A stretch of DNA of 64,000 bases from Saccharolobus solfataricus P2 (GCF_000007005.1 NC_002754.1); one strand, 5' to 3'. Shown: positions 19,714-31,552, counted from the first letter of the stretch. Numbers and translations: made by a program. The notes: generated from the sequence alone by a model not told the origin.

Positions 19714-19914
19714 ATGAAAGAAAGAGAAGTAGAAGCTAAAAGATTAGTTGGAAAGAAGAATGTGAGAGGAAAAATATACGAGTATGAATACTTCACGTTA
19801 CCGTTGAACCTATACTTGCCTAAGTCAATGGTAGAGAAATTCGGAACAAAATATATGCTTCAAGTTGATGAGGATAGTGGAACAATAACAATAAAGCCTA
19901 AATCTGGTCAGTGA
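19714..19914 (+). CDS. small basic protein, possible AbrB-like swapped-hairpin DNA-binding fold
   Basis: 66 aa with TLPLNLYLPKSMVEKFG...GTITIKP, resembling the IPK...G...I.P pattern; AT-rich promoter upstream. Confidence 0.7.
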   Translation: MKEREVEAKRLVGKKNVRGKIYEYEYFTLPLNLYLPKSMVEKFGTKYMLQVDEDSGTITIKPKSGQ

Positions 19915-20260
19915 AACCAAGGATTTTTCCCCTATGTATTATAAACGTTTTGTTAGAAGTGTGAATCTTAATGATTTTATCCTTTATCTCAACCCTAGTT
20001 ATTTTTTCATAAATTTCAGGTTTATAGAGATGTAATGAGATCGCAATAGTGAATAGATAGACTAAAATGGGTATTATAAAAAGTGTTAGGACTAAAATAT
20101 ATCTAAAAATCACATATAAAATGAAAACCAATAAGACAATAATGAATGAGACATAATACATCTCGTTAATTTGAGTCTTTTTATACCCTATCTCACTCTC
20201 CGATATGAAAAATATTACATAGTAACCGTCATCACTTAGCCCAATTGCTTTCTTTTTCAC
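19898..20260 (-). CDS. hypothetical membrane protein
   Basis: 120 aa with two TM segments; GTG start. Confidence 0.7.
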   Translation of the reverse strand: MKKKAIGLSDDGYYVIFFISESEIGYKKTQINEMYYVSFIIVLLVFILYVIFRYILVLTLFIIPILVYLFTIAISLHLYKPEIYEKITRVEIKDKIIKIHTSNKTFIIHRGKILGFTDQI

Positions 20261-20312
20261 AGTATTAATTTGACATCAGGGATATTTAATCAATAGTCGT
20301 TTAAGGATACGG

Positions 20313-20441
20313 CACTTTGTGGATGACTTCAATTTTTATCAAAGCTAACGTCAAGCTTACTTTTAAATCAACGCTTGATTTTGAATTTAAGAAAGATTGA
20401 TGAGCTTAACATCTTAGAAAATTGAATTAGTCCATAAAGCA
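20313..20441. mobile_element. degenerate MITE, 129 bp, SM3-like size class
   Basis: Imperfect inverted ends (CACTTTGTGGATGACTTCAATTT and AAATTGAATTAGTCCATAAAGCA). 9-bp target duplication AGGATACGG (20304-20312) / AGGATGCGG (20442-20450). Confidence 0.82.
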
Positions 20442-20491
20442 AGGATGCGGATAAATAATAAATATTAATAAAAAATACAGTACTACTCGAG

Positions 20492-21541
20492 ATGAAAAGA
20501 TACCTCATATTATTTTTAGTTTTAACAAGTATAATATTTATACCAATAACTTACTCTTCTAACCAATTTAGTTTTCTAAATATTGGAAATACAATTAGCT
20601 ATAACATTTACGAAACATCATCTAGACTTGGAACTTACTTAACCTTTAATATAAGTATGAACCTAGTTTGGAATGGAACTGTCTTTGTGATAAATGGTAA
20701 ATCAGTAAATAAAGTGTTTCCTGCAATAAATACAAACAATTTAACAATAGAGAACATAAGTGGTTCGTATCCATATCCTCTGAGTGTATGGATTAACACT
20801 GCAGCTGCTGGCACTCCTAGCGGATTTCTAGAAACCGGCAAAGAATTCACTACTTATAATGGCATTCCTGCTGTGGAATTCCTAGACTATAATAACTATA
20901 CCTACATTTCCCTACAATATATGATACCTCTAAAGTCATACTACAGTATAAATATAGACCCTGCTTCAAATTTAACATATAGCGCTACCGCCACGTTGAC
21001 AAAAGGTGACTTAAACTTCTACACTGGACCGTATAACTTGTATAACGTTTCATTCAATTATGTATACCAAAACTACACCGTAAATCTGTTCTTACTGGTA
21101 GCGTCATCAAATGCAGAGATTAATCTCTTGAATTACTCTAATCATGTAGCGTTGAATATAACTGGTTTAAAGTTTATAAGTCTGTTAGTACCCATAACTA
21201 CATTCCATGACTTACTTGGAGTATCTAAGTTTATCTATAATGGAAGCCCTTACATCATTATATTAACATCAACGGGATCAACGGGAAGTGCGTATTATTA
21301 CAATACATCTGTGCCAATAATCGGAAGCTATATACCTGGAACAAATTACTACATGATATCTATACCGTATTCTGGAAATATAGTAATTATATTTGGTAAT
21401 TACTACTCAAATTATGTTAATGGAAGTATTAACATAAAAAATAATGATGTTGGTCATGGGTTCTCCCTACTCTACGCATTATCTGCAGTTATAGTAGTTG
21501 CAGTTGTAATTACAGCTACTTATATGTTAAGAAAGAAGTAA
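20492..21541 (+). CDS. secreted, C-terminally membrane-anchored glycoprotein of unknown function
   Basis: Signal-peptide-like N-terminus, N/Y/S/T-rich body with many N-x-S/T sequons, and a C-terminal TM followed by RKK. Confidence 0.8.
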   Translation: MKRYLILFLVLTSIIFIPITYSSNQFSFLNIGNTISYNIYETSSRLGTYLTFNISMNLVWNGTVFVINGKSVNKVFPAINTNNLTIENISGSYPYPLSVWINTAAAGTPSGFLETGKEFTTYNGIPAVEFLDYNNYTYISLQYMIPLKSYYSINIDPASNLTYSATATLTKGDLNFYTGPYNLYNVSFNYVYQNYTVNLFLLVASSNAEINLLNYSNHVALNITGLKFISLLVPITTFHDLLGVSKFIYNGSPYIIILTSTGSTGSAYYYNTSVPIIGSYIPGTNYYMISIPYSGNIVIIFGNYYSNYVNGSINIKNNDVGHGFSLLYALSAVIVVAVVITATYMLRKK

Positions 21542-22384
21542 CTTGGGGATATCGTAGGGGGTATTAGCTATTGGAATTCCAGCTTCTTTAAATGCCCTTA
21601 TTTTACTCTCGAATGTACCCATACCCATATAAACTACTGCTCCTGCATGTCCCATCCTTTTCTCCCTAGGTGCAGTCATTCCTGCTATGTAAGCTATAAT
21701 TGGTTTCTTAATTTCTCCCCTCTTATACGCCTCTGCTAATCTCTCCTCCATGGTACCACCTATTTCTCCTATTACAACAATTTTTTCCGTCTCTGGATCT
21801 TGATCAAACATCTTTGCAACTTCTAAAGTACTCGTACCTATTATTGGATCCCCTCCTATACCTATAACAGTAGATTGGCCCATACCAGAGTTCTTAAGTA
21901 ATTCTGAAACCTCATATGTTAGTGTACCAGATCTAGACACTATTCCTATTTTACCCTTCTTAAATGCTCTGGCTGGAAGTATTCCAACTAGACTTTCCTC
22001 TGGAGCTATTATTCCGGGACAATTGGGTCCTATTATTCTAGCTCCCCTAGCTCTGGCATACTTTATAGCTCTAGCCATGTCCAAAACCGGTATGTGCTCG
22101 GTTATAGTTACAATTAATTTTATTCCTGCATCAACTGCCTCATATATGGCATCCACTGCGTATCTGGCTGGAACGAAAATTATTGAAGCATCTGCCTCAT
22201 GTTCTTTCATTGCATCCTTTACCGTGTCGTAAACTGGAACACTGTTAACTTGAGTTCCTCCCTTACCCGGAGTAACACCAGCAACTATTTTTGTACCGTA
22301 TTTTAGCATTTGCTGTGTATGGAAGCTCCCTTCTCTTCCGGTTATTCCTTGGACAATTACCCTAGTATTCTTATTTATGAGCGT
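21527..22384 (-). CDS. sucD: succinyl-CoA synthetase alpha subunit; start inferred at ACG 22384
   Basis: Motifs [15 protein letters not shown] and MGHAGA. The CoA-binding N-terminus [18 protein letters not shown] is in frame upstream of the tracked ATG 22309. Confidence 0.92.
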   Translation of the reverse strand, partial: TLINKNTRVIVQGITGREGSFHTQQMLKYGTKIVAGVTPGKGGTQVNSVPVYDTVKDAMKEHEADASIIFVPARYAVDAIYEAVDAGIKLIVTITEHIPVLDMARAIKYARARGARIIGPNCPGIIAPEESLVGILPARAFKKGKIGIVSRSGTLTYEVSELLKNSGMGQSTVIGIGGDPIIGTSTLEVAKMFDQDPETEKIVVIGEIGGTMEERLAEAYKRGEIKKPIIAYIAGMTAPREKRMGHAGAVVYMGMGTFESKIRAFKEAGIPIANTPYDIPKLLLS

Positions 22385-23388
22385 ACTGCATCACCTATCA
22401 TTTTTAATACATCATCATATACGTTTACACCGTTCTCTCTTAATATTTTCTTCCCTAATTCCTCGTTAGTTCCTAATAATCTAACAAATATTGGCTTCTT
22501 CACCTCCTTTAGCGCATCAATTATACCTAACGCTACCTCATCACATCTAGTAATTCCACCGTAAATATTTATAACAATCTTTTTGACTCTAGGATTGCTA
22601 CCCACTTTGAGAACACTTTCTTTAACATGTTCCCTATTAGCTCCTCCACCAACATCCAAGAAATTTGCTGGATTTCCGCCATTTAATTTAACTAGATCCA
22701 TTGAAGCCATGGTTAATCCTGCACCATTGCCTATTATTCCTATATCTCCCTCTAGTTCCACATAACTATCACGAACTTCTTGCCTCCCTAACTCCTTTAA
22801 CAAATCCTCATGTCTATATAACGCGTTATCCTCTAAAATCACTTTAGAGTCTAAAGCTAATATTCTACCATCATTAGTCAATGCTAATGGGTTTATCTCA
22901 ACTAGTTCAGCGTCGTAATCTACAAATAATTTATATAAACCTTGTATTATTTGTCCTAATCCCTTAACTCCTAGATACTTCTCAGCCTCAACAATATCAT
23001 AACTCCTAACTCCCCTCTCTAGTGGTATTATCATCTTCTTAACGTCCTTAGCTTGTTCAACATCAATGCCTCCTTCTCTTGATAAAACTAACATTGGTTC
23101 CGCAGTTTCCCTATCTAACAATACTGAAGCGTAAATCTCCTTCTCGTGAGGAACAAATTCCTCTACTAAGAATTTCTCGACTCCTAGTTTTTTCAGTTCT
23201 AAAATAGTATTATAAATGTCTTCAGTTACTCTTACTAATCCTCTTTTACCTCTAGCGCCTTCCAATAGTTGAGATTTCACTACAGCTTTTCCTTGCCATC
23301 TTATTGGTTCAGAAGTTACAACACCATTAGGCACTGGTATCCCTACACGCTTAAAAAGACTCTTTCCCTCATATTCATATAATTTCAT
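22375..23388 (-). CDS. sucC: succinyl-CoA synthetase beta subunit
   Basis: Motifs [31 protein letters not shown] and GGITRCD. Confidence 0.95.
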   Translation of the reverse strand: MKLYEYEGKSLFKRVGIPVPNGVVTSEPIRWQGKAVVKSQLLEGARGKRGLVRVTEDIYNTILELKKLGVEKFLVEEFVPHEKEIYASVLLDRETAEPMLVLSREGGIDVEQAKDVKKMIIPLERGVRSYDIVEAEKYLGVKGLGQIIQGLYKLFVDYDAELVEINPLALTNDGRILALDSKVILEDNALYRHEDLLKELGRQEVRDSYVELEGDIGIIGNGAGLTMASMDLVKLNGGNPANFLDVGGGANREHVKESVLKVGSNPRVKKIVINIYGGITRCDEVALGIIDALKEVKKPIFVRLLGTNEELGKKILRENGVNVYDDVLKMIGDAVRS

Positions 23389-23472
23389 ACCACATACTTA
23401 TCACATAAAAATTTAAACATTACTATGCATTACTTAAATTTAGTAAAAGTATTTAAAGAGGCCTATTTTGTA

Positions 23473-24156
23473 TCACGAGGAATTTTCTCTATAATATTTA
23501 CATACTTTCTTCAAAATACAGTCTTCACATTTGGGATTTTCAATGAAACAAAATGCTCTACCTACAGTGACTATTCCAGCGTGTAGTAATTTGTATTCGT
23601 AGACGTTTCGCTCTAAATTCTCCTCTACTAGTCTTTTAACCTCATTCTTTTTCTTTATACTAATTCCTAATACTCTAGATAATACTCTCTTACCGTACTC
23701 TGATGGTGGAAAGTTTGGTTTGTGACCTGCGAAAAGCAAGATTGAGTCAGCTGTTTCTTCGCCTATACCATCAATGCTTAAAAGTAAATTTCTATTATAA
23801 AATTTCTCAACACTACCTAGATTTATTATGATTTTAGATAAATTAATTAACCTCTTAACCTTAGTCTTATAGAAGTTAATTCCTTTCAATACATCATATA
23901 ATTCTTGTTCAGTAGTATTGCATAATTTATAAAAATCAGTCAAACCTTTACTCCTCATCTCCTCTACTTTGCTCTTTACAATTTCCCATCTTGACATTTG
24001 AACCAATATTGCTGAAATAATTATTTCTTCTGCACTTTTTAGTCCGTCCCACCATTCATAAGAAGTTTCGGACGAAACTATCCAACCTTTTTCCTTCAAT
24101 ATGCTTTTATTATTTTCAAATATTTTCAGCAATGTGTCAAGTATTTTACGAACCAT
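23473..24156 (-). CDS. endonuclease III-related HhH-GPD protein with an Fe-S motif
   Basis: HhH motif LLSIDGIGEETADSILL and C-x6-C-x2-C-x5-C at the C-terminus. Confidence 0.85.
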   Translation of the reverse strand: MVRKILDTLLKIFENNKSILKEKGWIVSSETSYEWWDGLKSAEEIIISAILVQMSRWEIVKSKVEEMRSKGLTDFYKLCNTTEQELYDVLKGINFYKTKVKRLINLSKIIINLGSVEKFYNRNLLLSIDGIGEETADSILLFAGHKPNFPPSEYGKRVLSRVLGISIKKKNEVKRLVEENLERNVYEYKLLHAGIVTVGRAFCFIENPKCEDCILKKVCKYYRENSS

Positions 24157-25112
24157 TATAGTTCACTTAATACATGTTTAACCAGATTTGGAGTACCTGT
24201 ATCAAAAACGTTAGGCTCATTAGCGTTTTCTATAGCTTCTAATAAAACGTTATAATCGCTCCACGTTATTGGATCACTTAAAAACGTAGCTCCCAATATC
24301 TCAGCATACTTCTTGGCATCACTTAACGTAGTTGCACTCTTCCAATCGTTGTTGTAAACCATTATTACCGGCTTCCTATACATTACTACTGCCTCCATGG
24401 CAGTTTTACCTTGATGCGTTATTACCAAAGATGCATTAGCAATCCACTTTTCTAAATCTGGATCAAAACTAAACGTAGTAACATTTTGATTACGATAAAT
24501 TGTGGGATCTATTTTCCCCGTCTGTATGACAATCCTCTTCCCTATAACGGATTTCACTATTGCGTCAAATAACCTCTTAAAACCCATGCTACCAGTTGTA
24601 ACTAATATGTAGCCTTCATCCTTACTCTCATACTTAGGCTTTTCAACAATGGGTCCCACGACAATACCCTTCTTTTCATAAAGTTTCCTTTGCTCTTGCC
24701 AATGAAGAAATACACCCTTTGCGTAATTTGATATTATGCCTATCGCCTTTCCCTTGGTGATAAGTCTATCTTGACTTTCGATACCGTAAACCTTCCCACC
24801 TTTTAAGAATTGAAAAAAGGAAGGAAATATGGAGTGATTGCTCCCGGTGGCTATGATTAAATCGTATTTCTTAATACTGGCGCTCTTTACTATTATAGAG
24901 AATAATCTCTTAAATAATACTAGACTACTTTCGTCTGGTTCTCTTCCTTTAGGTATCTCGTAGATTTTATTTGCATATTGCGATATCATTTGTCTACTAT
25001 AAGGGTCATTTGTTGGTATCACGAAATCTACTTTTTCGGGTAAATATTGGGCAATAGCCCTGGCGAAGCCTGTATGACCACCACCACTGGCTATTATTAA
25101 GATTCTTGTCAC
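24156..25112 (-). CDS. agl24: Alg14/Alg13-like GT-B glycosyltransferase (N-glycan chitobiose synthesis)
   Basis: [26 protein letters not shown] and [10 protein letters not shown] match S. acidocaldarius Agl24 as I recall it. Confidence 0.82.
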   Translation of the reverse strand: MTRILIIASGGGHTGFARAIAQYLPEKVDFVIPTNDPYSRQMISQYANKIYEIPKGREPDESSLVLFKRLFSIIVKSASIKKYDLIIATGSNHSIFPSFFQFLKGGKVYGIESQDRLITKGKAIGIISNYAKGVFLHWQEQRKLYEKKGIVVGPIVEKPKYESKDEGYILVTTGSMGFKRLFDAIVKSVIGKRIVIQTGKIDPTIYRNQNVTTFSFDPDLEKWIANASLVITHQGKTAMEAVVMYRKPVIMVYNNDWKSATTLSDAKKYAEILGATFLSDPITWSDYNVLLEAIENANEPNVFDTGTPNLVKHVLSEL

Positions 25113-25163
25113 AATACTCTTTGTAACAGCTAAAGATTTAAGTTAAATGACATAGCGATATTT

Positions 25164-26801
25164 ATGGAAAGTTATAAACCAGTGTGGCTAAAGGGTGCGG
25201 TAATTTTAGCCATAAACCTAATAGATAAGGGATATAAGCCAGTTGCTGTTGGCCTAGGTGAAAGGGATTTCTACATTGATGTGAAATCAGACACTAGCAT
25301 TACCTTAGATGAGGTAAAGAAGGCAATCAATGAGAACGTTCTAGCTAATGTATCCATTGAGAATAATCAGATAGTGTATAAAGGAAACAAGGTTTCAATA
25401 ATAGAGGATAAGGTTTCAATTTCGACCAATTTAAATCCTAAGTATTTTGAAATTTTAAATATCTCAACTCATCATCCAAATCCCAATGAACAATACGTCA
25501 GAATTAGGGGTGTGGCTTTCGAGACTGAAGAACAGTTAAAGGATTACCTTTCTTGGCTAGAAAAGGCTGAAGAGACTGACCATAGGCTGATTGGAGAAAA
25601 GTTAGACTTATTTAGCTTTCATGAGGAAGCTGGATCAGGATTAGTACTATTTCATCCTAAGGGACAAACGATAAGAAATGAACTCATTGCGTTTATGAGA
25701 GAGATAAATGATAGCATGGGGTATCAAGAAGTTTATACTAGCCACGTTTTCAAGACTGATATATGGAAAATATCCGGTCATTATACCTTGTATAGGGATA
25801 AACTAATTGTCTTTAACATGGAAGGTGATGAGTATGGAGTAAAACCTATGAATTGTCCTGCTCACATTCTAATTTACAAATCTAAACCTAGAACCTATCG
25901 TGATCTTCCAATCAGATTTTCAGAGTTTGGCCATGTATATAGGTGGGAAAAGAAAGGAGAATTATATGGGTTACTGAGAGTTAGAGGTTTCGTCCAAGAC
26001 GATGGTCACATTTTCCTTAGGGAAGATCAACTAAGGGAAGAAATTAAGATGCTTATTTCTAAGACAGTGGAAGTTTGGCACAAGTTCGGCTTCAAAGATG
26101 ACGATATTAAGCCTTATTTGAGTACAAGGCCGGATGAGAGTATAGGTTCTGATGAACTGTGGGAAAAAGCTACTAACGCGCTGATTTCCGCGTTGCAAGA
26201 ATCGGGCTTAAAATTCGGTATTAAGGAAAAAGAAGGTGCGTTTTATGGGCCTAAAATCGACTTCGAGATAAGGGATAGTCTAGGTAGATGGTGGCAATTA
26301 TCCACAATACAAGTTGACTTCAACTTACCTGAGAGGTTTAAGTTGGAGTACATTGATAAGGATGGGATAAAGAAGAGGCCAGTAATGGTACATAGAGCAA
26401 TATATGGATCAATAGATAGATTTGTTGCAATACTACTTGAGCACTTTAAGGGTAAGCTACCAACGTGGTTAAGTTCAGTCCAGGTTAGGGTTTTACCGAT
26501 AACTGATGAAGTAAATGAATACGCTGAAAAAGTGCTAAACGATATGAGAAAGAGGAGAATAAGAGCAGAGATTGATTATGCAGGTGAGACCTTAAGTAAG
26601 AGGATTAAGAACGCATACGATCAAGGAGTTCCATACATATTGATAGTAGGTAAGAAAGAAGCTAGTGAGGGTACAGTAACTGTTAGAGCTAGGGGTAACA
26701 TTGAAGTGAGGAACGTTAAGTTTGAAAAGTTCCTAGAGTTATTGATTACCGAGATTGCGCAAAGGGATGTAGAACAAACTACAGTAAAAGCGTTAAAATA
26801 G
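25164..26801 (+). CDS. thrS: threonyl-tRNA synthetase, catalytic form of the split crenarchaeal type
   Basis: Motifs [34 protein letters not shown] and MVHRAI; a full editing domain is absent. Confidence 0.95.
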
Positions 26802-26838
26802 TGAATTTTTTATAACAATATATACTATATTAATACTT

Positions 26839-27294
26839 GTGCTAGTGTATGGGTTGTATAAAAGTCCTCTTGGCTATATAACTGTTGCTAAGGACGATAA
26901 GGGATTTATTATGTTGGATTTCTGTGACTGTGTGGAAGGAAATTCAAGAGACGATAGTAGTTTTACTGAATTCTTCCATAAGCTAGATCTCTACTTTGAG
27001 GGTAAGCCAATAAACTTAAGGGAGCCTATTAACCTAAAGACCTATCCTTTTAGATTATCAGTATTTAAAGAAGTAATGAAGATCCCCTGGGGAAAAGTTA
27101 TGACGTATAAACAGATAGCAGATTCACTGGGAACTTCTCCAAGAGCTGTTGGTATGGCTTTATCTAAAAATCCCATTCTTTTAATCATACCATGCCACCG
27201 AGTAATAGCTGAAAATGGTATTGGAGGATACTCCAGAGGAGTAAAGTTGAAGAGAGCCTTATTGGAACTAGAGGGAGTCAAAATACCAGAATGA
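26839..27294 (+). CDS. ogt: O6-alkylguanine-DNA alkyltransferase
   Basis: Active site IPCHRV and HTH SPRAVG. Confidence 0.96.
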   Translation: MLVYGLYKSPLGYITVAKDDKGFIMLDFCDCVEGNSRDDSSFTEFFHKLDLYFEGKPINLREPINLKTYPFRLSVFKEVMKIPWGKVMTYKQIADSLGTSPRAVGMALSKNPILLIIPCHRVIAENGIGGYSRGVKLKRALLELEGVKIPE

Positions 27295-27654
27295 TGTGGA
27301 AAAATTTAACAGTATTAACCAATTAATTTTTAACAAAAAGAGCTTTTATATCGTATTCGAGTTACTTGAGCATTCTCCAAAGTCCGAATAGATAAATCTC
27401 TCGTTATCTAAATTATTATATTTTTAGGCTACTTCAATTGTAGATTACATGCATAAAAGTTAACTATCGGCGTTTGATAATATTATTTCGTCAAATGAAT
27501 ATATAAAATCTAATAAAAAGTAATTATTAAATTTAGTCAAAGCTATTAGTCACCTAAACTTAAATAGATTTGTGATTCCATATTATTTTGATAATAGAGT
27601 TAATTACTATATTTGGGAAAACATTTAAATACGGTCCCATGGGACTTGGTAGTC

Positions 27655-28398
27655 ATGAATACATCAATAATTATAGCTGTTATAGTTATATTAATAATAG
27701 TAGTAGGAATAGTTGCTTATCTAACGCTAGTACATCATCCTGCCACGATATCTTCTACAACAAGTTCAGTTGAGACAACCTCAACAAGCTTCACTTTAAC
27801 CTCAACATCTACCACAATCTCAACAAGTTCGACTTCAACATCTTCCACAACTACAACAAGTTCATCTACCACATCTTCCACTACTATTACCACGACACAG
27901 TCGGTAACTTTGCCTCCTGGGGCTAATATGTTGCCTTATAACCCTAACAATAAGACTGTATTTATCTATCTAGCTGTTACAGCTACTGGTCCAGCATTTA
28001 ATTATAATGGTACTTCAAATGGGCAGATGAAAATTTACGTTCCTGCAGGATGGAATGTGATGATAATTTTAACGAATGAACAATCCATTCCCCATAATGC
28101 GAATATAGTATTAAATGATACTCAAATCCCTAACAATCCCAATATCTCCGCAGATGGTAAAATCTTACTATATGTAGGTGACTCACCATCAAATTTTGCA
28201 AATAATGGAATTCTATCTGGTCAGACTGCAGTTGGAATATTAGATAACATTTCAGCTGGTTACTATTGGATTGCGTGTGGAATAACTGGCCACGCTAAAA
28301 ATGGAATGTGGGCTGATTTAATAGTATCAAACTCTGTCTCAGTCCCATACTTCATAATTTCTTCCTCATCCTCTTCAACCTCAACAACTCATAGCTGA
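27655..28398 (+). CDS. sulfocyanin (SoxE-like blue copper protein) with TM anchor and Ser/Thr linker
   Basis: PHNA and WIACGITGHAKNGM copper ligands. ATG 27655 lies ~25 nt after TTTAAATA, so a leaderless start is preferred over the tracked 27613. Confidence 0.85.
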   Translation: MNTSIIIAVIVILIIVVGIVAYLTLVHHPATISSTTSSVETTSTSFTLTSTSTTISTSSTSTSSTTTTSSSTTSSTTITTTQSVTLPPGANMLPYNPNNKTVFIYLAVTATGPAFNYNGTSNGQMKIYVPAGWNVMIILTNEQSIPHNANIVLNDTQIPNNPNISADGKILLYVGDSPSNFANNGILSGQTAVGILDNISAGYYWIACGITGHAKNGMWADLIVSNSVSVPYFIISSSSSSTSTTHS

Positions 28399-28443
28399 GG
28401 CTAAGGGAAAATTTTTTATTTAATATTTTTCTTAAATATCAAT

Positions 28444-29208
28444 ATGATTAAAAGGCTAACAATATCCCCTTTATTTTTGATACTCTCCTTGATAGCTTAT
28501 TATCTCAGTAGAAATGACATACTTCTCTACTCAACATTATCCACAATATTGTTTTGGACATTCATAATTTTAATCTTACCGACTTCTTTCTATAATTACA
28601 TCAAAGATGGTATTGTAAAATATTGCAAAAAGAAAATATTTTGGTTCACAGTAGGATTATATATATCATATCACGTGATTCTCTATTCGTTCTTCTTCTA
28701 TTTATTGCTTCCTGGCTCTATAAAGAACATAAGTTTTTGGTTCTCGTTTAATGCGGGAATAGGATATTCCATACCGCCCCCAATCACTTACTTTCTTGAA
28801 TGGGTATCAAATAGTCCTGCAATATGGTTTTTCATAGGTCCTTATGAGGGGGATGTTATACCTTTCTCAACTTTCTTAGGAGTAGTTCTAGCATTATTAA
28901 TAGGCTTAAATGTTATGAAAATATTGGAATTATGGGGAATTTCAAATAAACTTAGCAAATCAATAGTTTTGATCCCCTCTTTGGGAGTCGTATCTGGCTC
29001 ATCTTGTTGTGTATTCCTACCAAGTATAGTAATGTACTCTATTGCTCTCTCAATAAGCTCAATTACTGCGACAATACTTTCCATTTTGTCCTCATTCGCG
29101 TATTTCATATTAGCCTATTACGCCCTACCAATAGTTTCAGCTATTGTTCTATTTCACAATCTTACCATGCTTAATAGACTAATCAAGAAACTATCATTTA
29201 CCATGTAG
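28444..29208 (+). CDS. polytopic membrane protein with a Cys-Cys motif
   Basis: About 6-7 TM segments and SGSSCC; directly downstream of the sulfocyanin. Confidence 0.75.
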   Translation: MIKRLTISPLFLILSLIAYYLSRNDILLYSTLSTILFWTFIILILPTSFYNYIKDGIVKYCKKKIFWFTVGLYISYHVILYSFFFYLLLPGSIKNISFWFSFNAGIGYSIPPPITYFLEWVSNSPAIWFFIGPYEGDVIPFSTFLGVVLALLIGLNVMKILELWGISNKLSKSIVLIPSLGVVSGSSCCVFLPSIVMYSIALSISSITATILSILSSFAYFILAYYALPIVSAIVLFHNLTMLNRLIKKLSFTM

Positions 29209-29251
29209 AGTTTTGTAAGTTTATTAATTTATTTGTCATACATTAATACAT

Positions 29252-30235
29252 ATGTTCAAAGTAGAGTACCCTATTACACAAGTAATTTATGGACTTAACG
29301 CACTAGATTGGTTAGCAAGTGTGAAGGGGAAAAGGATAGCTTTAGTCACTACTAGGAGCTTGCTTAAAAGTAAAATTCTTGAACAAATATTAAGTCTTAT
29401 AAACGCTGAGGTAATTGAGGGACCAAGACAACACACTCCAGTAGGTGATGTAAATAATTTAACGGAGAGACTTAAGGGATATGATGTTGTAATAGGCTTA
29501 GGCGGAGGAAGTGTAATAGATGGTATTAAGCTTTCATTTAATGGTTACTATATAGCAATACCTACTACTTTTTCTGGAGCGGAGCATACTAGATCTGGAG
29601 GAGCAACAATTGATGGAATAAAGAAAAGTAGAATAGGAAAAGAGGCAGATGCAATAATCTTAGATCCTAGAGCCACACTTGAAACACCAAAATGGTTGCT
29701 TATAGCGAGTGGAGTAAGGGCAATAGACCACGCGGTCGAGGCATTATACTCTAAAGACTCTACACCCTTTACTGATTCCTTAGCTATAGAGGGTTATAAA
29801 AAGCTAGTTAAATGCATAAGAGATCTAGATTCAATTGAAAATAGGGCATTATGCCAAATAGGCACGTGGTTATCGTCATTAACGATGAGATATGCTAAAA
29901 TGGGGATAAGTCATAATTTCGGTTACGTTTATGGTCCTAGATTTAATATACCTCACGGAGTAACCTCTTGTATCTCATTGCCATCAACAATTAAGTTAAA
30001 CTATAGTGTTGCCAGAAATAAATTGAGGGAGATAGAGAATGAAGGTGAGCCATTATACGAGTTCATGGATAAATTCCTAAAGGATATCGGAGCTAAGCGG
30101 AGACTATCTGAATTTACTACCTTGGATGAGGCATTAAAATATGTGCAAACTTTCATTCAAATTGTGAACAATAGTGGAAATCCGGTTAAAATTGACATAG
30201 AAACAGCTAAGAGGTTTATAGAAGAGGTCTTTTAA
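29252..30235 (+). CDS. iron-containing alcohol dehydrogenase / maleylacetate reductase-like protein
   Basis: Motifs [21 protein letters not shown] and H...IPHG. Confidence 0.85.
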   Translation: MFKVEYPITQVIYGLNALDWLASVKGKRIALVTTRSLLKSKILEQILSLINAEVIEGPRQHTPVGDVNNLTERLKGYDVVIGLGGGSVIDGIKLSFNGYYIAIPTTFSGAEHTRSGGATIDGIKKSRIGKEADAIILDPRATLETPKWLLIASGVRAIDHAVEALYSKDSTPFTDSLAIEGYKKLVKCIRDLDSIENRALCQIGTWLSSLTMRYAKMGISHNFGYVYGPRFNIPHGVTSCISLPSTIKLNYSVARNKLREIENEGEPLYEFMDKFLKDIGAKRRLSEFTTLDEALKYVQTFIQIVNNSGNPVKIDIETAKRFIEEVF

Positions 30236-30236
30236 A

Positions 30237-30683
30237 ATGATAGAGTGGAAGGGCTTTGGAAAAAGATGGGGTAAGTGTGAAGAGTGTTGGTTAGCTTATG
30301 AAAGGCGAATTCAACATGAAAATTCTTTGAACTGTTATAAACTGGGAATTCCAATAGATGCGCTAAAAATTCCCCTGGATCAATTTTTAAATATAGTTAA
30401 GGATGTCCCTGGAAAATATGCGATTTTTGGATTTCCCCTAAACCTATTAAGTAAGGGAGTCATAATTTTTTATTTTGATACTAAAGAAGAGATGGAAAAC
30501 TTTATAGAAAATATAATGAATTATATTAAGAGTGAAATATCCTTTAGAGAAAAGAAGTTTTATGATATTTTTGTTAATACAGAGTGGATTGGAAGTATGA
30601 ATTGGAGAAGAGGGTGTCCAGAATACGATAAGAAGTTTGGCGATTGGAGAGGATGGAGGAATCACAGTAATGAAGATTACTAA
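30237..30683 (+). CDS. hypothetical protein with CxxC
   Basis: 148 aa, translationally coupled to the Fe-ADH gene; CEEC plus further Cys residues. Confidence 0.7.
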   Translation: MIEWKGFGKRWGKCEECWLAYERRIQHENSLNCYKLGIPIDALKIPLDQFLNIVKDVPGKYAIFGFPLNLLSKGVIIFYFDTKEEMENFIENIMNYIKSEISFREKKFYDIFVNTEWIGSMNWRRGCPEYDKKFGDWRGWRNHSNEDY

Positions 30684-30816
30684 TGTTTAAACGAGAAATA
30701 ATGTCGTGGATACTTCTATAGATATTCTTCTTTATTATATATTTTATATTAGGATGAAAGTAGTTAGAATCTTTCTAACTAATCTTTATTAAGGGAAATG
30801 CTTACCTAAAATAGAT

Positions 30817-31422
30817 ATGTCTATTTCAATTTTTGTCCTAAGCCTAAAAGGTGGAATAGGGAAGAGTAGGCTATCTTATGAGTTATCCAGATATATCTCT
30901 AAAAGGAAATTTAAGAAGGTACTGCTTATCGATAATGATTCTCTATCTACTTTATCGAATTTACTAGGTCATTATGGTGATGGATTACTAGATGGTTTCG
31001 ATTTAAGGTCTTCATTAAAAGAAATAGACGATATTTTCATACTTAAATTACGTAATAAAGTATATTTTTTAGATAATTTTTATGACAATGAAAGATTGAG
31101 GCAACTTAAATTCGTTTTATCCAGAAATTGGGATTATATTATAATAGATAATTATGTTGGAATATCAGAGACAAATCCAATAATTAAAATCATCTATGAG
31201 TTTTCTCAGCTCAAAATAGGTATTTTTCTTAGTGATGACTTCTCGCTAAATTCTACAACCGAATATTCCAATAGTTGGAACTATCTAGATTCTAAGTATG
31301 TATTATTAACAAATAAGCCTTTTGATGTTCATTATATTATAAACAGAACTATTATTGACGCTATATTAAACCAGTGCGAAGAGAACTATGATGAAAAATT
31401 TAACATAGAGAAAACTAATTAG
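30817..31422 (+). CDS. second divergent MinD/ParA-like P-loop protein
   Basis: KGGIGKS, LLIDND and YIIIDN; shorter than the paralog at 14664. Confidence 0.68.
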   Translation: MSISIFVLSLKGGIGKSRLSYELSRYISKRKFKKVLLIDNDSLSTLSNLLGHYGDGLLDGFDLRSSLKEIDDIFILKLRNKVYFLDNFYDNERLRQLKFVLSRNWDYIIIDNYVGISETNPIIKIIYEFSQLKIGIFLSDDFSLNSTTEYSNSWNYLDSKYVLLTNKPFDVHYIINRTIIDAILNQCEENYDEKFNIEKTN

Positions 31423-31552
31423 GATAAATACATCTTAGAATTCATGACAAAATTCTAACATGAAGTACTAAAATCAAACTATATAATACTAGTTTAGAAA
31501 TCATAAATGTGATATGTAAAAAGATTTTATATTTCGAATTTCAATATAACAT

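Noticed and set aside
27750-27900. ACA/TCA/TCT-rich low-complexity tract as a DNA repeat element
   Set aside because: It encodes the Ser/Thr linker of the sulfocyanin.
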